Shown here: in pieces, positions 1-8,279 of the stretch
Layout of the letters: each line of letters starts with the position of its first letter
Position numbering within the stretch: the first letter of the stretch is position 1
The notes under the pieces: generated by a model
Seen by the model: the letters and a program-made list of their open reading frames with translations, nothing else
Databases searched by the model: none
What the model was told of the DNA's origin: nothing
IMG/VR virus record: IMGVR_UViG_3300032322_002004
Source: an uncultured virus (IMG/VR IMGVR_UViG_3300032322_002004)
Taxonomy: Duplodnaviria > Heunggongvirae > Uroviricota > Caudoviricetes
Direction: 5' to 3' (one strand)
Length of the DNA: 32,106 nucleotides
Position numbers and translations under genes: made by a program

Positions 1-2
1 CG

Positions 3-1496
3 TTCCTTTATGATAATAAAAACAAGGGAAAGCTTGGCCTTGATGATTGCCTTCAAAGAGAACTTGGTTTTTCTATGGAAAAGGGCATTGGCCATATGGT
101 TGAGATCTATGGTTTTAATGAGGTTGCTAAGTACGCATTCCTTGATGCCAAGTACACATTTATGCTTTGGAAAGTTTTAGCACCAAAACTTGCTGCTGCA
201 AATGTTGAAAAGGTCATGGCGTTAGAGATGGACGTTCTTTCTGTGCTGTGCCATATGAAACTTACTGGCGCACCGATTGATATGAATCAACTACAGATTT
301 TGTACGATAAGTTAAGTGAAGAAGTTGAACAAGTAAAAGCAGAGATTTACGCCATAGCTGGCATCTTTAATATGAACTCAAATGGCGATAAGCAGTATGT
401 ACTTTACGGACCTAAAGAAGAAGGTTGCCGAGGTTTACGAACACACGTGCTTACCGGTAAAGGTGAGAAGAAAGCTAAAGAGAAGGGCGAGCAGTCTTTA
501 ACTTATAAAGACTATTCAGTATCAGCCGAAGCTTTAGAAGATTTTAGAGGTAAAGACGACCTGGTAGATGCCCTACTAAAGTACTCAGATTTAAATAAAT
601 TGTTAAGTACCTACGTAATTCCCTACCTTGGCGGTGAAGTGGTAAAGACTACCAATGGAAAAGCTAAGACAGAAGAGCGCGAGAGCTTACTTGTTAACGG
701 CAGGATCTATGCAGACTTTATCCAATGGGGCGCAGAGACCGGTAGATTTTCTAGCCGTAACCCAAATCTACAGAACGTACCGGCTCCGCATACCGAGCAC
801 GGTAAAGCTATTAGAAACTTATTTATTGCCCCAGAGGGCTACAAGCTTGTAGTAGCTGACTACTCACAGATTGAGCCACGTGTTATTGCCGCTATGTCTA
901 AAGATCCAATCATGATGGATAACTATTTAACTGGCGGGGACATTTATACAACTGTAGGAAACACCATGGGTGTAGATCGCAAAGCCGGTAAAGTACTTGT
1001 ACTAGCTATGGCTTACGGAGTAGGGCCAGACAAGATTTCACGATCTATTGGTTGCACGGTTCCCGAAGCTAAAAAGCTTCTTAATGACTTTGCTGAGAAG
1101 TTTCCGTCGGTCAATGAGTACAAAACTACAGTCATTGGGGTTGCTAGGAACCTGGGCTATGTGACCACTATTTTAAACAGACGCCGTTACCTTCCTGATA
1201 TTACGTCTAGAAACATAGGGTTTAAGGCTAGTGCTGAGCGTCAGGCTTTTAATACGCGTATCCAGGGGTCAGCCGCAGATATCATCAAACTTGCTATGAT
1301 ACGCGCCCAAGACCTTCTACCCAAAGGGGCAAACATCATCCTTACCGTACACGATGAAATCGTTACCCTTACCCCAGATGCTTTAATTGAAGATACTAAA
1401 TCAGCTATTAAAGAGGCTATGGAAGGCATTACCCTATTACCTATACCGTTGGTGGCAGACATGGCGGTTGTCCAAAAGTGGGGAGATGCTAAGTGA
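3..1496 (+). CDS. polA: Family A DNA polymerase (5' end truncated by window edge)
   Basis: Frame is open from position 3. ExoIII-like YAFLDA, TGRFSSRNPNLQN, motif A VADYSQIE, motif B RKAGKVLVLAMAYG, ERQAFNTRIQGSAADIIK, motif C TVHDEI. Confidence 0.95.
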   Translation, partial: FLYDNKNKGKLGLDDCLQRELGFSMEKGIGHMVEIYGFNEVAKYAFLDAKYTFMLWKVLAPKLAAANVEKVMALEMDVLSVLCHMKLTGAPIDMNQLQILYDKLSEEVEQVKAEIYAIAGIFNMNSNGDKQYVLYGPKEEGCRGLRTHVLTGKGEKKAKEKGEQSLTYKDYSVSAEALEDFRGKDDLVDALLKYSDLNKLLSTYVIPYLGGEVVKTTNGKAKTEERESLLVNGRIYADFIQWGAETGRFSSRNPNLQNVPAPHTEHGKAIRNLFIAPEGYKLVVADYSQIEPRVIAAMSKDPIMMDNYLTGGDIYTTVGNTMGVDRKAGKVLVLAMAYGVGPDKISRSIGCTVPEAKKLLNDFAEKFPSVNEYKTTVIGVARNLGYVTTILNRRRYLPDITSRNIGFKASAERQAFNTRIQGSAADIIKLAMIRAQDLLPKGANIILTVHDEIVTLTPDALIEDTKSAIKEAMEGITLLPIPLVADMAVVQKWGDAK

Positions 1497-1960
1497 GATG
1501 GTTACGTCGTCTATTTAACCGGGAAGAGTATGTAGTCCACCGGGTCGATGTTCCGGTAAGCACTATTGTCCGCTGGTATATGTACGATACGTCTTTGTAT
1601 GATGAGAATGATTTAGCTGAGCTTATCGGGTTAAGTCGGGTAAGCCAAGAGGGCAACGCTAAAGAGCAAGAAGACAGCGATAATAGATTAGAAGCTATAG
1701 AGCAATATATGCCATTTTTAGATCAGATGGCAGATATAAGCGCCAACATCTTAACCACAATTCAATTAAAAGAGATATCAGATTCAGAGTATTTAACTAG
1801 TTTAGCTGAAGACATGCCTACAGAAATTATGCACAGTTTGTTTAAAGCTGTAGCATTGTCTACGTTGATCGGTACCTTTTCAATAGGTACTAATTTACAA
1901 ATAATTAACCCAACTTCAGTACCCACTGGGTTTATAAAGATGGAGGATATAGATGAGTAA
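1493..1960 (+). CDS. Hypothetical phage protein
   Basis: 155 aa ORF with GTG start, translationally coupled to polA (GTGA overlap). Confidence 0.75.
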   Translation: MRWLRRLFNREEYVVHRVDVPVSTIVRWYMYDTSLYDENDLAELIGLSRVSQEGNAKEQEDSDNRLEAIEQYMPFLDQMADISANILTTIQLKEISDSEYLTSLAEDMPTEIMHSLFKAVALSTLIGTFSIGTNLQIINPTSVPTGFIKMEDIDE

Positions 1961-2069
1961 TGTTGTTTGTAAAATAGTTGGCCATAAAATGTATAACATT
2001 TCTTGGACACAAGAAACTTTTACTGTTTTGTGTGTTAGATGTGAAAAACACTGGGGAGTAAAACTATGA
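1953..2069 (+). CDS. Small Zn-binding protein (DUF1660-like CxxxGH...CxRC)
   Basis: Not in ORF track. MSNVVCKIVGHKMY...LCVRCEKHWGVKL, GGAGG RBS, overlaps both neighbours. Confidence 0.6.
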   Translation: MSNVVCKIVGHKMYNISWTQETFTVLCVRCEKHWGVKL

Positions 2070-2431
2070 GTAGTAACTGGTGGGCAAACAAATTAGGTGC
2101 ACCAGCCCCTCAACAGTCAACACCACAGCCACAATATGTAGCACCACAGCCGGCGCAATATGTACAACCGCAGCAGCCAACATATCCTCCATCGCAACAG
2201 GCACAGCCTGCGTCCCCACGTTGCCCTGGTTGCGGTAGTGGAAATTACGCAAGTCTTGAAGGAGCTAAAGCTCGTTGTTACGATTGCGGTTACCCTATCC
2301 AACAATCTGGTAGTGGATTAGGTACTGGTATTATTGGTCAAGGTGGTCAATCAGGAGGACCTGCTACACCAGCTACACAAGTACCTACCGGCGGATTTAA
2401 TCCAACAACGATCATTGGACACTTAGGATGA
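2066..2431 (+). CDS. Pro/Gln-rich protein with Zn-ribbon
   Basis: CPGC...CYDC; coupled to recA. Confidence 0.75.
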   Translation: MSSNWWANKLGAPAPQQSTPQPQYVAPQPAQYVQPQQPTYPPSQQAQPASPRCPGCGSGNYASLEGAKARCYDCGYPIQQSGSGLGTGIIGQGGQSGGPATPATQVPTGGFNPTTIIGHLG

Positions 2432-3483
2432 ATAAAGACTTAGCTTTATTAGTTACTGCACTTAATAAAAAGCATGGCGCCGGAACTATTGTTTTAGGTT
2501 CTGACATTATTGCACCACCGCCTCGTTTTACTTCCGGATCATTGTCAATTGATGTAGCGCTGGGCGGAGGTTGGCCACCTAATCAATGGCATGAGATTAT
2601 TGGTGAAGCAAGTAATGGCAAGACTGCTTTAGCTTTAAAAACTGTTGCTGCTAATCAAAAGAGAGATCCAGAATTTACTACTGTGTGGGTTGCTGCCGAA
2701 GAGTGGGTAACAGGGTATGCGGAGTTGTGTGGAGTAGATGCTTCACGTGTTTATGTAGTTTCAACAAATATTATGGAGGAAGCTTATGAAGCTGTCATTA
2801 AGTTTGCAGAAAGCAAAGCGATCGATTGTATTGTTCTTGATTCTTTACCTGCCTTGGTCCCTTCAGCAGAAGACAATAAGGAGATGGAGGAATCGACTGT
2901 AGGTAGAGGAGCCCTGCTAACTAACAAGTTTTTCCGTAAAGTGGGCAAGGCTTCTAAGAGATCCCTTGTTTCCCCAGAGCGCCCATTCATAGGTCTTGTT
3001 ATTAACCAGTACCGTATGAAGATTGGCGTTATGTACGGGGATCCAAGAACTACCCCAGGTGGGCTAGGCAAAGATTACGCGTTCTTTACCAGAACTGAAG
3101 TACGTCGAGATGAATGGATTGAGGCCGGAACTGGCCAAGAAAAGCGCCGTATTGGGCAGTCTATTAAAGCTCGTATTATTAAAAACAAGTCAGCAGCCCC
3201 TTCCCAAGTTGCTACGGTTGACTTTTACTTTTCAGAAGGTGACGCTGTCCCAGCCGGAGAGTTTGACTTTGCTAAAGAAGTAGTTGCTATGGGAATCATT
3301 AACAAGGTTATTACCAGAGCGGGTGCTTACTACCGTTACGGGGGTCGCCAATGGCAGGGTAGTGATGCTATGCTTAGCTCAATACGGGAAGAGATTGACC
3401 TGAAAGAAACCCTTGAGCGGGACGTACTAGATTCGATTAAAGCCGGATCTAAATTCGTAGCCGAAGACTCCGATGAGGAGTGA
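2428..3483 (+). CDS. recA: RecA/UvsX-like recombinase
   Basis: SGSLSIDVALGGG, Walker A GEASNGKT, Walker B IVLDS, INQYRMKIGVMYGDPRTTPGG, IKNK. Confidence 0.95.
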   Translation: MNKDLALLVTALNKKHGAGTIVLGSDIIAPPPRFTSGSLSIDVALGGGWPPNQWHEIIGEASNGKTALALKTVAANQKRDPEFTTVWVAAEEWVTGYAELCGVDASRVYVVSTNIMEEAYEAVIKFAESKAIDCIVLDSLPALVPSAEDNKEMEESTVGRGALLTNKFFRKVGKASKRSLVSPERPFIGLVINQYRMKIGVMYGDPRTTPGGLGKDYAFFTRTEVRRDEWIEAGTGQEKRRIGQSIKARIIKNKSAAPSQVATVDFYFSEGDAVPAGEFDFAKEVVAMGIINKVITRAGAYYRYGGRQWQGSDAMLSSIREEIDLKETLERDVLDSIKAGSKFVAEDSDEE

Positions 3484-3898
3484 AGGACAGAAACAGTCTA
3501 AGAAGCATGAGGACCGATTAGCTAAAGCAATCGGCGGGCAGCGATCAGCTGCAAGCGGTGCGTTTTGGAGTCGGAAAGGTGATGTGCGTTCCACTGATTT
3601 GTTAATTGAACATAAGTGGACTGGCAAAGCCTCCTTTACCGTCAAAGCGGCGGTTTTGGAAAAGATTGTTAAAGAAGCAATTCTTGACAGTCGGACTCCC
3701 GTCCTCGGCATTAGTTTAAATAACGAAAATTACGTTATCTTAACTGAAGATGATTTTCTAGAACTGCGCCATAATCTTCAGGAGCATACTTGTACGACAG
3801 CGCAGGACCAGAACCTTGGCGATACAAAGCCAAGTGCAGAGGCATGGACACAGAACTCTGGTTTCCTCCCAGAGACAAATCTAAATACCGAGTCATAG
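3473..3898 (+). CDS. PD-(D/E)XK Holliday junction resolvase-like nuclease
   Basis: N-terminal HEDRLA helix, SGA...KGDV...LIEHK catalytic pattern. C-terminal tail overlaps whiB. Confidence 0.7.
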   Translation: MRSEGQKQSKKHEDRLAKAIGGQRSAASGAFWSRKGDVRSTDLLIEHKWTGKASFTVKAAVLEKIVKEAILDSRTPVLGISLNNENYVILTEDDFLELRHNLQEHTCTTAQDQNLGDTKPSAEAWTQNSGFLPETNLNTES

Positions 3899-4104
3899 CA
3901 GAAGTATCAAAAGCTGTTTGCTACGGCAAAGATGGATTACCGGAATGCCCTGTTCGTAAACAATGTTTACTTTATTCAGACAAGATGGACGAGCAGCATG
4001 GTATCTGGGGCGGTATGTCCCATCGTGAACGCAACGCATTAAAACGTAAAGCTAAGAAAGCTGGGCTAACGTTTAAGGAGTGGGTGGATACACGTAAATC
4101 GTGA
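3790..4104 (+). CDS. whiB: WhiB-family transcription factor
   Basis: W...AKC...LWFP...C...CPVRKQC...GIWGG...ER (four Cys plus G[IV]WGG turn). TTG start with AGGAG RBS. Confidence 0.92.
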   Translation: MYDSAGPEPWRYKAKCRGMDTELWFPPRDKSKYRVIAEVSKAVCYGKDGLPECPVRKQCLLYSDKMDEQHGIWGGMSHRERNALKRKAKKAGLTFKEWVDTRKS

Positions 4105-4116
4105 TAGATTATCCCA

Positions 4117-4977
4117 ATGAGTGCATACAAACCTACGGGATCATTAAAGAATTTTATAGCTGCTGGTAAGGTCCCAAGTAGGGTATTAGCATCAGTTGAA
4201 CGCCACGTGTTAGCTAGTCCGCGTGACGATTCACGTCGAACAAATGTTCTACACCCATCGGAGATGGCTGGATCTGACTGGTGTTACAGAGCTTCATACT
4301 TTCAGTTATTAGGCTACGCGCCAAACGCTCGTAACTATTCATTTAAGCTTTTGTCAGTATTTGAAGAAGGCCATGCTATCCATGCTAAATGGCAAAATTG
4401 GTTTAAAGAAATGGATAAGTTGTACGGTCAGTGGTACTGCACTGATTGCAGAGATACTTTTTGGGGTATTCCCTCAGACCACAAGGTAGACCCAAAGTTT
4501 TTACGTTATAACGAGGTCCCTTTGGATTACGAACCATTACGTATTTCTGGCCATTCAGATGGATGGTTAAAGGGTTTTGGGGACCCAATGATGCTTGAGA
4601 TCAAATCGGTTGGTGCCGGAACACTTCGTTACGAGGTTCCTGAGTTATTAAAAGAAAACAATAACGATGTAGAAAAGACGTGGAAGGCAGTTAAAGAGCC
4701 TTTTATGAAACACATTACACAGGTGCAGATTTATATGAAGTTAGCTGAGCTACTTGGTTATGAAGACGTACCGCAAGAAGCCGTACTTATTTATGAATCA
4801 AAAGCAAACCAAGAAGCTAAAGAGTTTGTAATTCCCAAAAGCGATTTTGGTATTACCCAACTATTTGATGCGGCAAAAATGATCTGCGACGCGGTTGACG
4901 CAAAGGTAGCCCCTGCGTGTAATATAGCTGCCACGGGATGTGCCAAGTGCAAAGGATATGAAGATGAGTCCAATTGA
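4117..4977 (+). CDS. Cas4-like PD-(D/E)XK exonuclease with Fe-S Cys cluster
   Basis: HPSE...WCYR, GHAIH, GHSDG...EIKS, QVQIYM, C-terminal C...CxxC. Likely leaderless (TAGATT 6 nt before ATG). Confidence 0.85.
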   Translation: MSAYKPTGSLKNFIAAGKVPSRVLASVERHVLASPRDDSRRTNVLHPSEMAGSDWCYRASYFQLLGYAPNARNYSFKLLSVFEEGHAIHAKWQNWFKEMDKLYGQWYCTDCRDTFWGIPSDHKVDPKFLRYNEVPLDYEPLRISGHSDGWLKGFGDPMMLEIKSVGAGTLRYEVPELLKENNNDVEKTWKAVKEPFMKHITQVQIYMKLAELLGYEDVPQEAVLIYESKANQEAKEFVIPKSDFGITQLFDAAKMICDAVDAKVAPACNIAATGCAKCKGYEDESN

Positions 4978-5461
4978 GTTACAGCTAGCAGAAGCTAGCA
5001 AGCGAGCTATCAGTAAGTTAAAGAGCCAAGGGCTGTCATTAAACGAGGGCTACAGTTACGATCCGCCATCACTTCCAGAAGATGTTACATCTATGGGTGA
5101 TGAAAACTTAATGGACTTGTACGCTAAGTATGTAGCTTATTTAGAGTTTATTAACCTACAGGTGTGGTGTGCCCATACGGACAAAGCCGAAGCCGAAAAA
5201 GAAATGGTTTTAGAAAAGGCTAGAAAAAAATTAACAATGAAGGCTAGCGGTAAAGCAGTGGCTTTAATTGATGCAGAGATTGAGGTAGACGAGGTTTACC
5301 GGGAAAAAGCTGATAAGTATCAAGAGCTATCTAACTACCATAGCTTGATTCAAATGATGTCCGAAAAGCTTTCTAAAGACATTTCGTTTATTAACCGGGA
5401 GATTACACGCCGTGTTAATTTAAACAAAGCTGTCGGTCGGGCACCTTGGCTCACGCCGTGA
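4964..5461 (+). CDS. Helical hypothetical protein (possible recombination mediator)
   Basis: AAGGA RBS; coiled-coil-like composition; lies between two nucleases. Function is inferred only. Confidence 0.65.
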   Translation: MSPIELQLAEASKRAISKLKSQGLSLNEGYSYDPPSLPEDVTSMGDENLMDLYAKYVAYLEFINLQVWCAHTDKAEAEKEMVLEKARKKLTMKASGKAVALIDAEIEVDEVYREKADKYQELSNYHSLIQMMSEKLSKDISFINREITRRVNLNKAVGRAPWLTP

Positions 5462-5997
5462 AAGTATTTTACAAGGGGTCTATTGACCGTGAGCGCCCTG
5501 TATACCTAGGAATAGACCAGTCTTATAGCGGATTTGCTGTAACAGCTTTACAAGATGATGCTTTTTATTCAGAAGTGTACACATCAGATAAAAGAGGAAT
5601 TGATCGTTTAAAAAACATTCAGGGTTATGTAATGAATTGGTTATACGAGTTCAATAAAGTTGAGGACGTAGCCATGGAAGGTTACGCATTTGGGTCACAA
5701 ATGGCCAATATGCTCGGTGAGCTTGGCGGTATGGTCAAGTTAAGCCTTCTTGATTTTGGCATTTACCCGTTGATCGTCCCGCCGACTACCCTTAAAAAGT
5801 ATGTGACCGGCAAAGGCCAAGGAGTACCTAAAAGCCAGATGCTGTTGCACGTTTACAAGAAATGGAATGTCGACATTACCGATGACAACGCGGCAGACTC
5901 CTATGCACTTGCCAGATTAGTATCCGGGACCCATACTTTGGCATATGAAAAAGAGATATACGATAAGCTACAGGATCCAAAGTTTCGGGAGAAATAA
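5458..5997 (+). CDS. RuvC-like Holliday junction resolvase
   Basis: YLGIDQS, VAMEGYAF, PPTTLKKYVTGKG, DNAADSYAL. Confidence 0.85.
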   Translation: MKVFYKGSIDRERPVYLGIDQSYSGFAVTALQDDAFYSEVYTSDKRGIDRLKNIQGYVMNWLYEFNKVEDVAMEGYAFGSQMANMLGELGGMVKLSLLDFGIYPLIVPPTTLKKYVTGKGQGVPKSQMLLHVYKKWNVDITDDNAADSYALARLVSGTHTLAYEKEIYDKLQDPKFREK

Positions 5998-6167
5998 TGC
6001 CTAATTATGAATACAAATGCACCACTTGCCAAGAAGTAAGTGAAAGCTTTTTTCCAATTAATGACGGCCCCGCCCCAGCTGTGATCTGCAAATGTGGTGG
6101 AGAGGCGTTTCGTCAATTTTCTAACTTTGCAATTCAACTAAAAGGTGGTGGCTGGGGTGGCCAATAA
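5997..6167 (+). CDS. FmdB-family Zn-ribbon protein
   Basis: Not in ORF track. MPNYEYKCTTC...CKCGG...RQFS...LKGGGW; TAATG coupling. Confidence 0.85.
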   Translation: MPNYEYKCTTCQEVSESFFPINDGPAPAVICKCGGEAFRQFSNFAIQLKGGGWGGQ

Positions 6168-6384
6168 AAAGCGCGATGAAGAAGAGCTAAGAGCTCACGG
6201 GTATATGACACCCGGAGAATTTGTCGACAATTTAGTTCCAGGGTTAAAAGAATATTTAAAACATAATTGGGGTTGTAAGCCGGATGAGCTGTACCACCCA
6301 GAAGATTTGTTTTCTAATGCAGAGATTTATATTGAAGTGGCGCGGCATATTGCAGGGGACTTCATTGTTAGACCTAAGAGATAA
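6157..6384 (+). CDS. Hypothetical protein
   Basis: ORF overlapping the FmdB-like gene; start uncertain. Confidence 0.6.
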   Translation: MANKKRDEEELRAHGYMTPGEFVDNLVPGLKEYLKHNWGCKPDELYHPEDLFSNAEIYIEVARHIAGDFIVRPKR

Positions 6385-6538
6385 AGATAACCCACTAGAA
6401 GTCTGTGTTTGTGGATCTACCCTGTGGAAGGTTCAGGCTATGTTTGAAGACGGCCAAATAAGCCTTTATATGTTAGATATGGAATGTGCCCTGTGCGGGT
6501 CCCTAGCGACCGCTCCAACCCCTATAGACGAGGTTTAG
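6365..6538 (+). CDS. Small Cys-rich actinophage-type protein
   Basis: DLR...VCVCGS...FED...YMLDMECALCG...TAPTP pattern; start uncertain. Confidence 0.6.
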   Translation: MLDLRDKDNPLEVCVCGSTLWKVQAMFEDGQISLYMLDMECALCGSLATAPTPIDEV

Positions 6539-6609
6539 CCTTACAGATACCTGTGCTTCCCCGATAATAATTACCGCGGGGTTCCACTATTCGTAAACCG
6601 AGGTATCAC

Positions 6610-6888
6610 ATGACCGAATCACCAGATGAAAACGTCCTACGCGTAAGCGCGGGAAGCAATCCACAAGCTGTAGCTTCAGCAATCGCTCACAGCGTATATG
6701 AAACAAGAACCTGCAAGATCCGTGCTGTAGGCGCAGGAGCTGTAAACCAGGCAGTCAAAGCTATCGCTATTGCCCGTGGATACACCGCTCCAAGAGGTAT
6801 TGATCTAGCCTGTATTCCAGGATTTGCCACTATTGAAAGCCACGATGGCACTATTAGCGCTATTGTGTTTTCGATTGTTGCTAATTAA
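6610..6888 (+). CDS. spoVS: SpoVS-family protein (Alba-like fold)
   Basis: LRVSAGSNPQAVASAIA...RAVGAGAVNQAVKAIAIARGY...IPGF matches the SpoVS signature. Confidence 0.9.
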   Translation: MTESPDENVLRVSAGSNPQAVASAIAHSVYETRTCKIRAVGAGAVNQAVKAIAIARGYTAPRGIDLACIPGFATIESHDGTISAIVFSIVAN

Positions 6889-6951
6889 GCCTGTATTTCT
6901 AGCAGATATACCGTACCTTTAATTAAACCCCTTTAGGCCAAAGGAAACCAA

Positions 6952-7293
6952 ATGAAAGATTCAACTAAGAACGCAAAGACACTTGCGCCGTCATCGACAG
7001 CGCCATCAGCGTCTTCAAGCGCAAAAGCACGAGCAGCAGCTCCTGAACGAGGAACACTTGTAAAGAAGACTGGCAACGCTAAAGGCGGAACTGATCCGTA
7101 CAAGCAAGCTAAGCCTTCACGTACAAAGGTAACCAGCCCAGGCGCTCGCGGCGGTGCACGTTACGGTATTTCCGTAAAGTATCAAGCATCAGTAGATCCA
7201 TCAGCAGGCGCAACACAGAGCAACGGTCGCATTATTAAGTCTGCAATGAACCGTCAATCACCTTCATTTTCTGAAGGCGCAGCTAACTACTAA
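6952..7293 (+). CDS. Basic low-complexity hypothetical protein
   Basis: AAGGA RBS; rich in K/A/S. Confidence 0.7.
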   Translation: MKDSTKNAKTLAPSSTAPSASSSAKARAAAPERGTLVKKTGNAKGGTDPYKQAKPSRTKVTSPGARGGARYGISVKYQASVDPSAGATQSNGRIIKSAMNRQSPSFSEGAANY

Positions 7294-7304
7294 AAAGTAT
7301 TACC

Positions 7305-7343
7305 AATAGCACCCCGTCCTAACCGGCGGGGTGTTATTATTTT
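7305..7343 (+). terminator. Intrinsic terminator
   Basis: AATAGCACCCCGTC / GGCGGGGTGTTATT stem followed by a T-rich tract. Confidence 0.7.
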
Positions 7344-7396
7344 CCCGGGCGCTCATCCGAGGCCCAATTAACTTATATCGTCTAAGGAGATATATT

Positions 7397-7894
7397 ATGG
7401 CATCAGGCATGCACCAACAATGGCCCGCAGACAAGTGGGAACATATTAAGAAACCAACAACAGTTGTTCAGACTGTTACTTTACCCCTACCGTCAGTATT
7501 TAATGATCAGTTTTTCTTGGGGTTTCAAGACCAAATTCAACGCTGGGCTCCGTTAGCTTATAACAGAAAACCAGCTTCTTTCCCACCGTATAACTTGTTA
7601 AAGCTAGACGAAAACAAGTACAAAGTTGAGCTTGCGGTTGCGGGTTATACAAAAGAAGACATTGAAATTACTGTAGAAAAAGACACACTTACAGTTAAGA
7701 GCAAGGTAAAAGAAGTCACTACTAGCACTGAAGTTATACACCAAGGTATTGCTGAGCGTCAATGGTCACAGCAATTTATTCTTGGGGAATATATGTCAGT
7801 AAAAGACGCTACCCTTAAAGACGGCCTACTAACTATCAACGTGGAGCGAGAGCTTCCGGAAGAACTAAAACCAAAGACAATCAAGATCAAGTAG
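7397..7894 (+). CDS. Small heat-shock protein (Hsp20/IbpA-like)
   Basis: FPPYNL...YKVELAVAGY...HQGIAER...ATLKDGLLTI...PEELKPKTIKIK; TAAGGAG RBS before ATG 7397. Confidence 0.93.
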   Translation: MASGMHQQWPADKWEHIKKPTTVVQTVTLPLPSVFNDQFFLGFQDQIQRWAPLAYNRKPASFPPYNLLKLDENKYKVELAVAGYTKEDIEITVEKDTLTVKSKVKEVTTSTEVIHQGIAERQWSQQFILGEYMSVKDATLKDGLLTINVERELPEELKPKTIKIK

Positions 7895-7906
7895 TGTATA
7901 TTTAGT

Positions 7907-7969
7907 TTGTCGCAAGGTCGCTACCTTCGATAAGGGCCCTGAGCATGGCCACGTAAACTGCTCCTTTTT
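7907..7969 (+). ncRNA. Putative small structured RNA: hairpin plus H-type pseudoknot
   Basis: Stem GGCC/GGCC with loop CTGAGCAT; loop GAGCA pairs with downstream TGCTC in TAAACTGCTC. A covarying second copy lies at 23620-23646. Confidence 0.5.
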
Positions 7970-8042
7970 CATGTCCTTTTTGTCTAATGTGTGCTAATGT
8001 TTATGCACCACGCATCCACCACGATGCCAACAAGGAGAGTAC

Positions 8043-8279
8043 ATGCTGGACATATTGAAAAAGCATTTAGAGGAAACTGTTTTTCAGTGCGTTGTTTCAA
8101 CTTGGATTAATGAGTTAGAAGAAGAAGAACAGCAAGCTTTTGCTTTATTAAAACAAAACCAAGAAAGAGTTGTATTTGCTGATTTATATAAAGAATTATT
8201 AAACAACCAAGAATTGCCGTTTAAAATTACGGCTTTTAGGTCCCATATGAAGGGTTATTGTTCATGTCAGAAAAACTAA
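8043..8279 (+). CDS. Hypothetical protein
   Basis: AAGGAG RBS; C...H...CSC; coupled to the phosphoesterase gene. Confidence 0.7.
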   Translation: MLDILKKHLEETVFQCVVSTWINELEEEEQQAFALLKQNQERVVFADLYKELLNNQELPFKITAFRSHMKGYCSCQKN

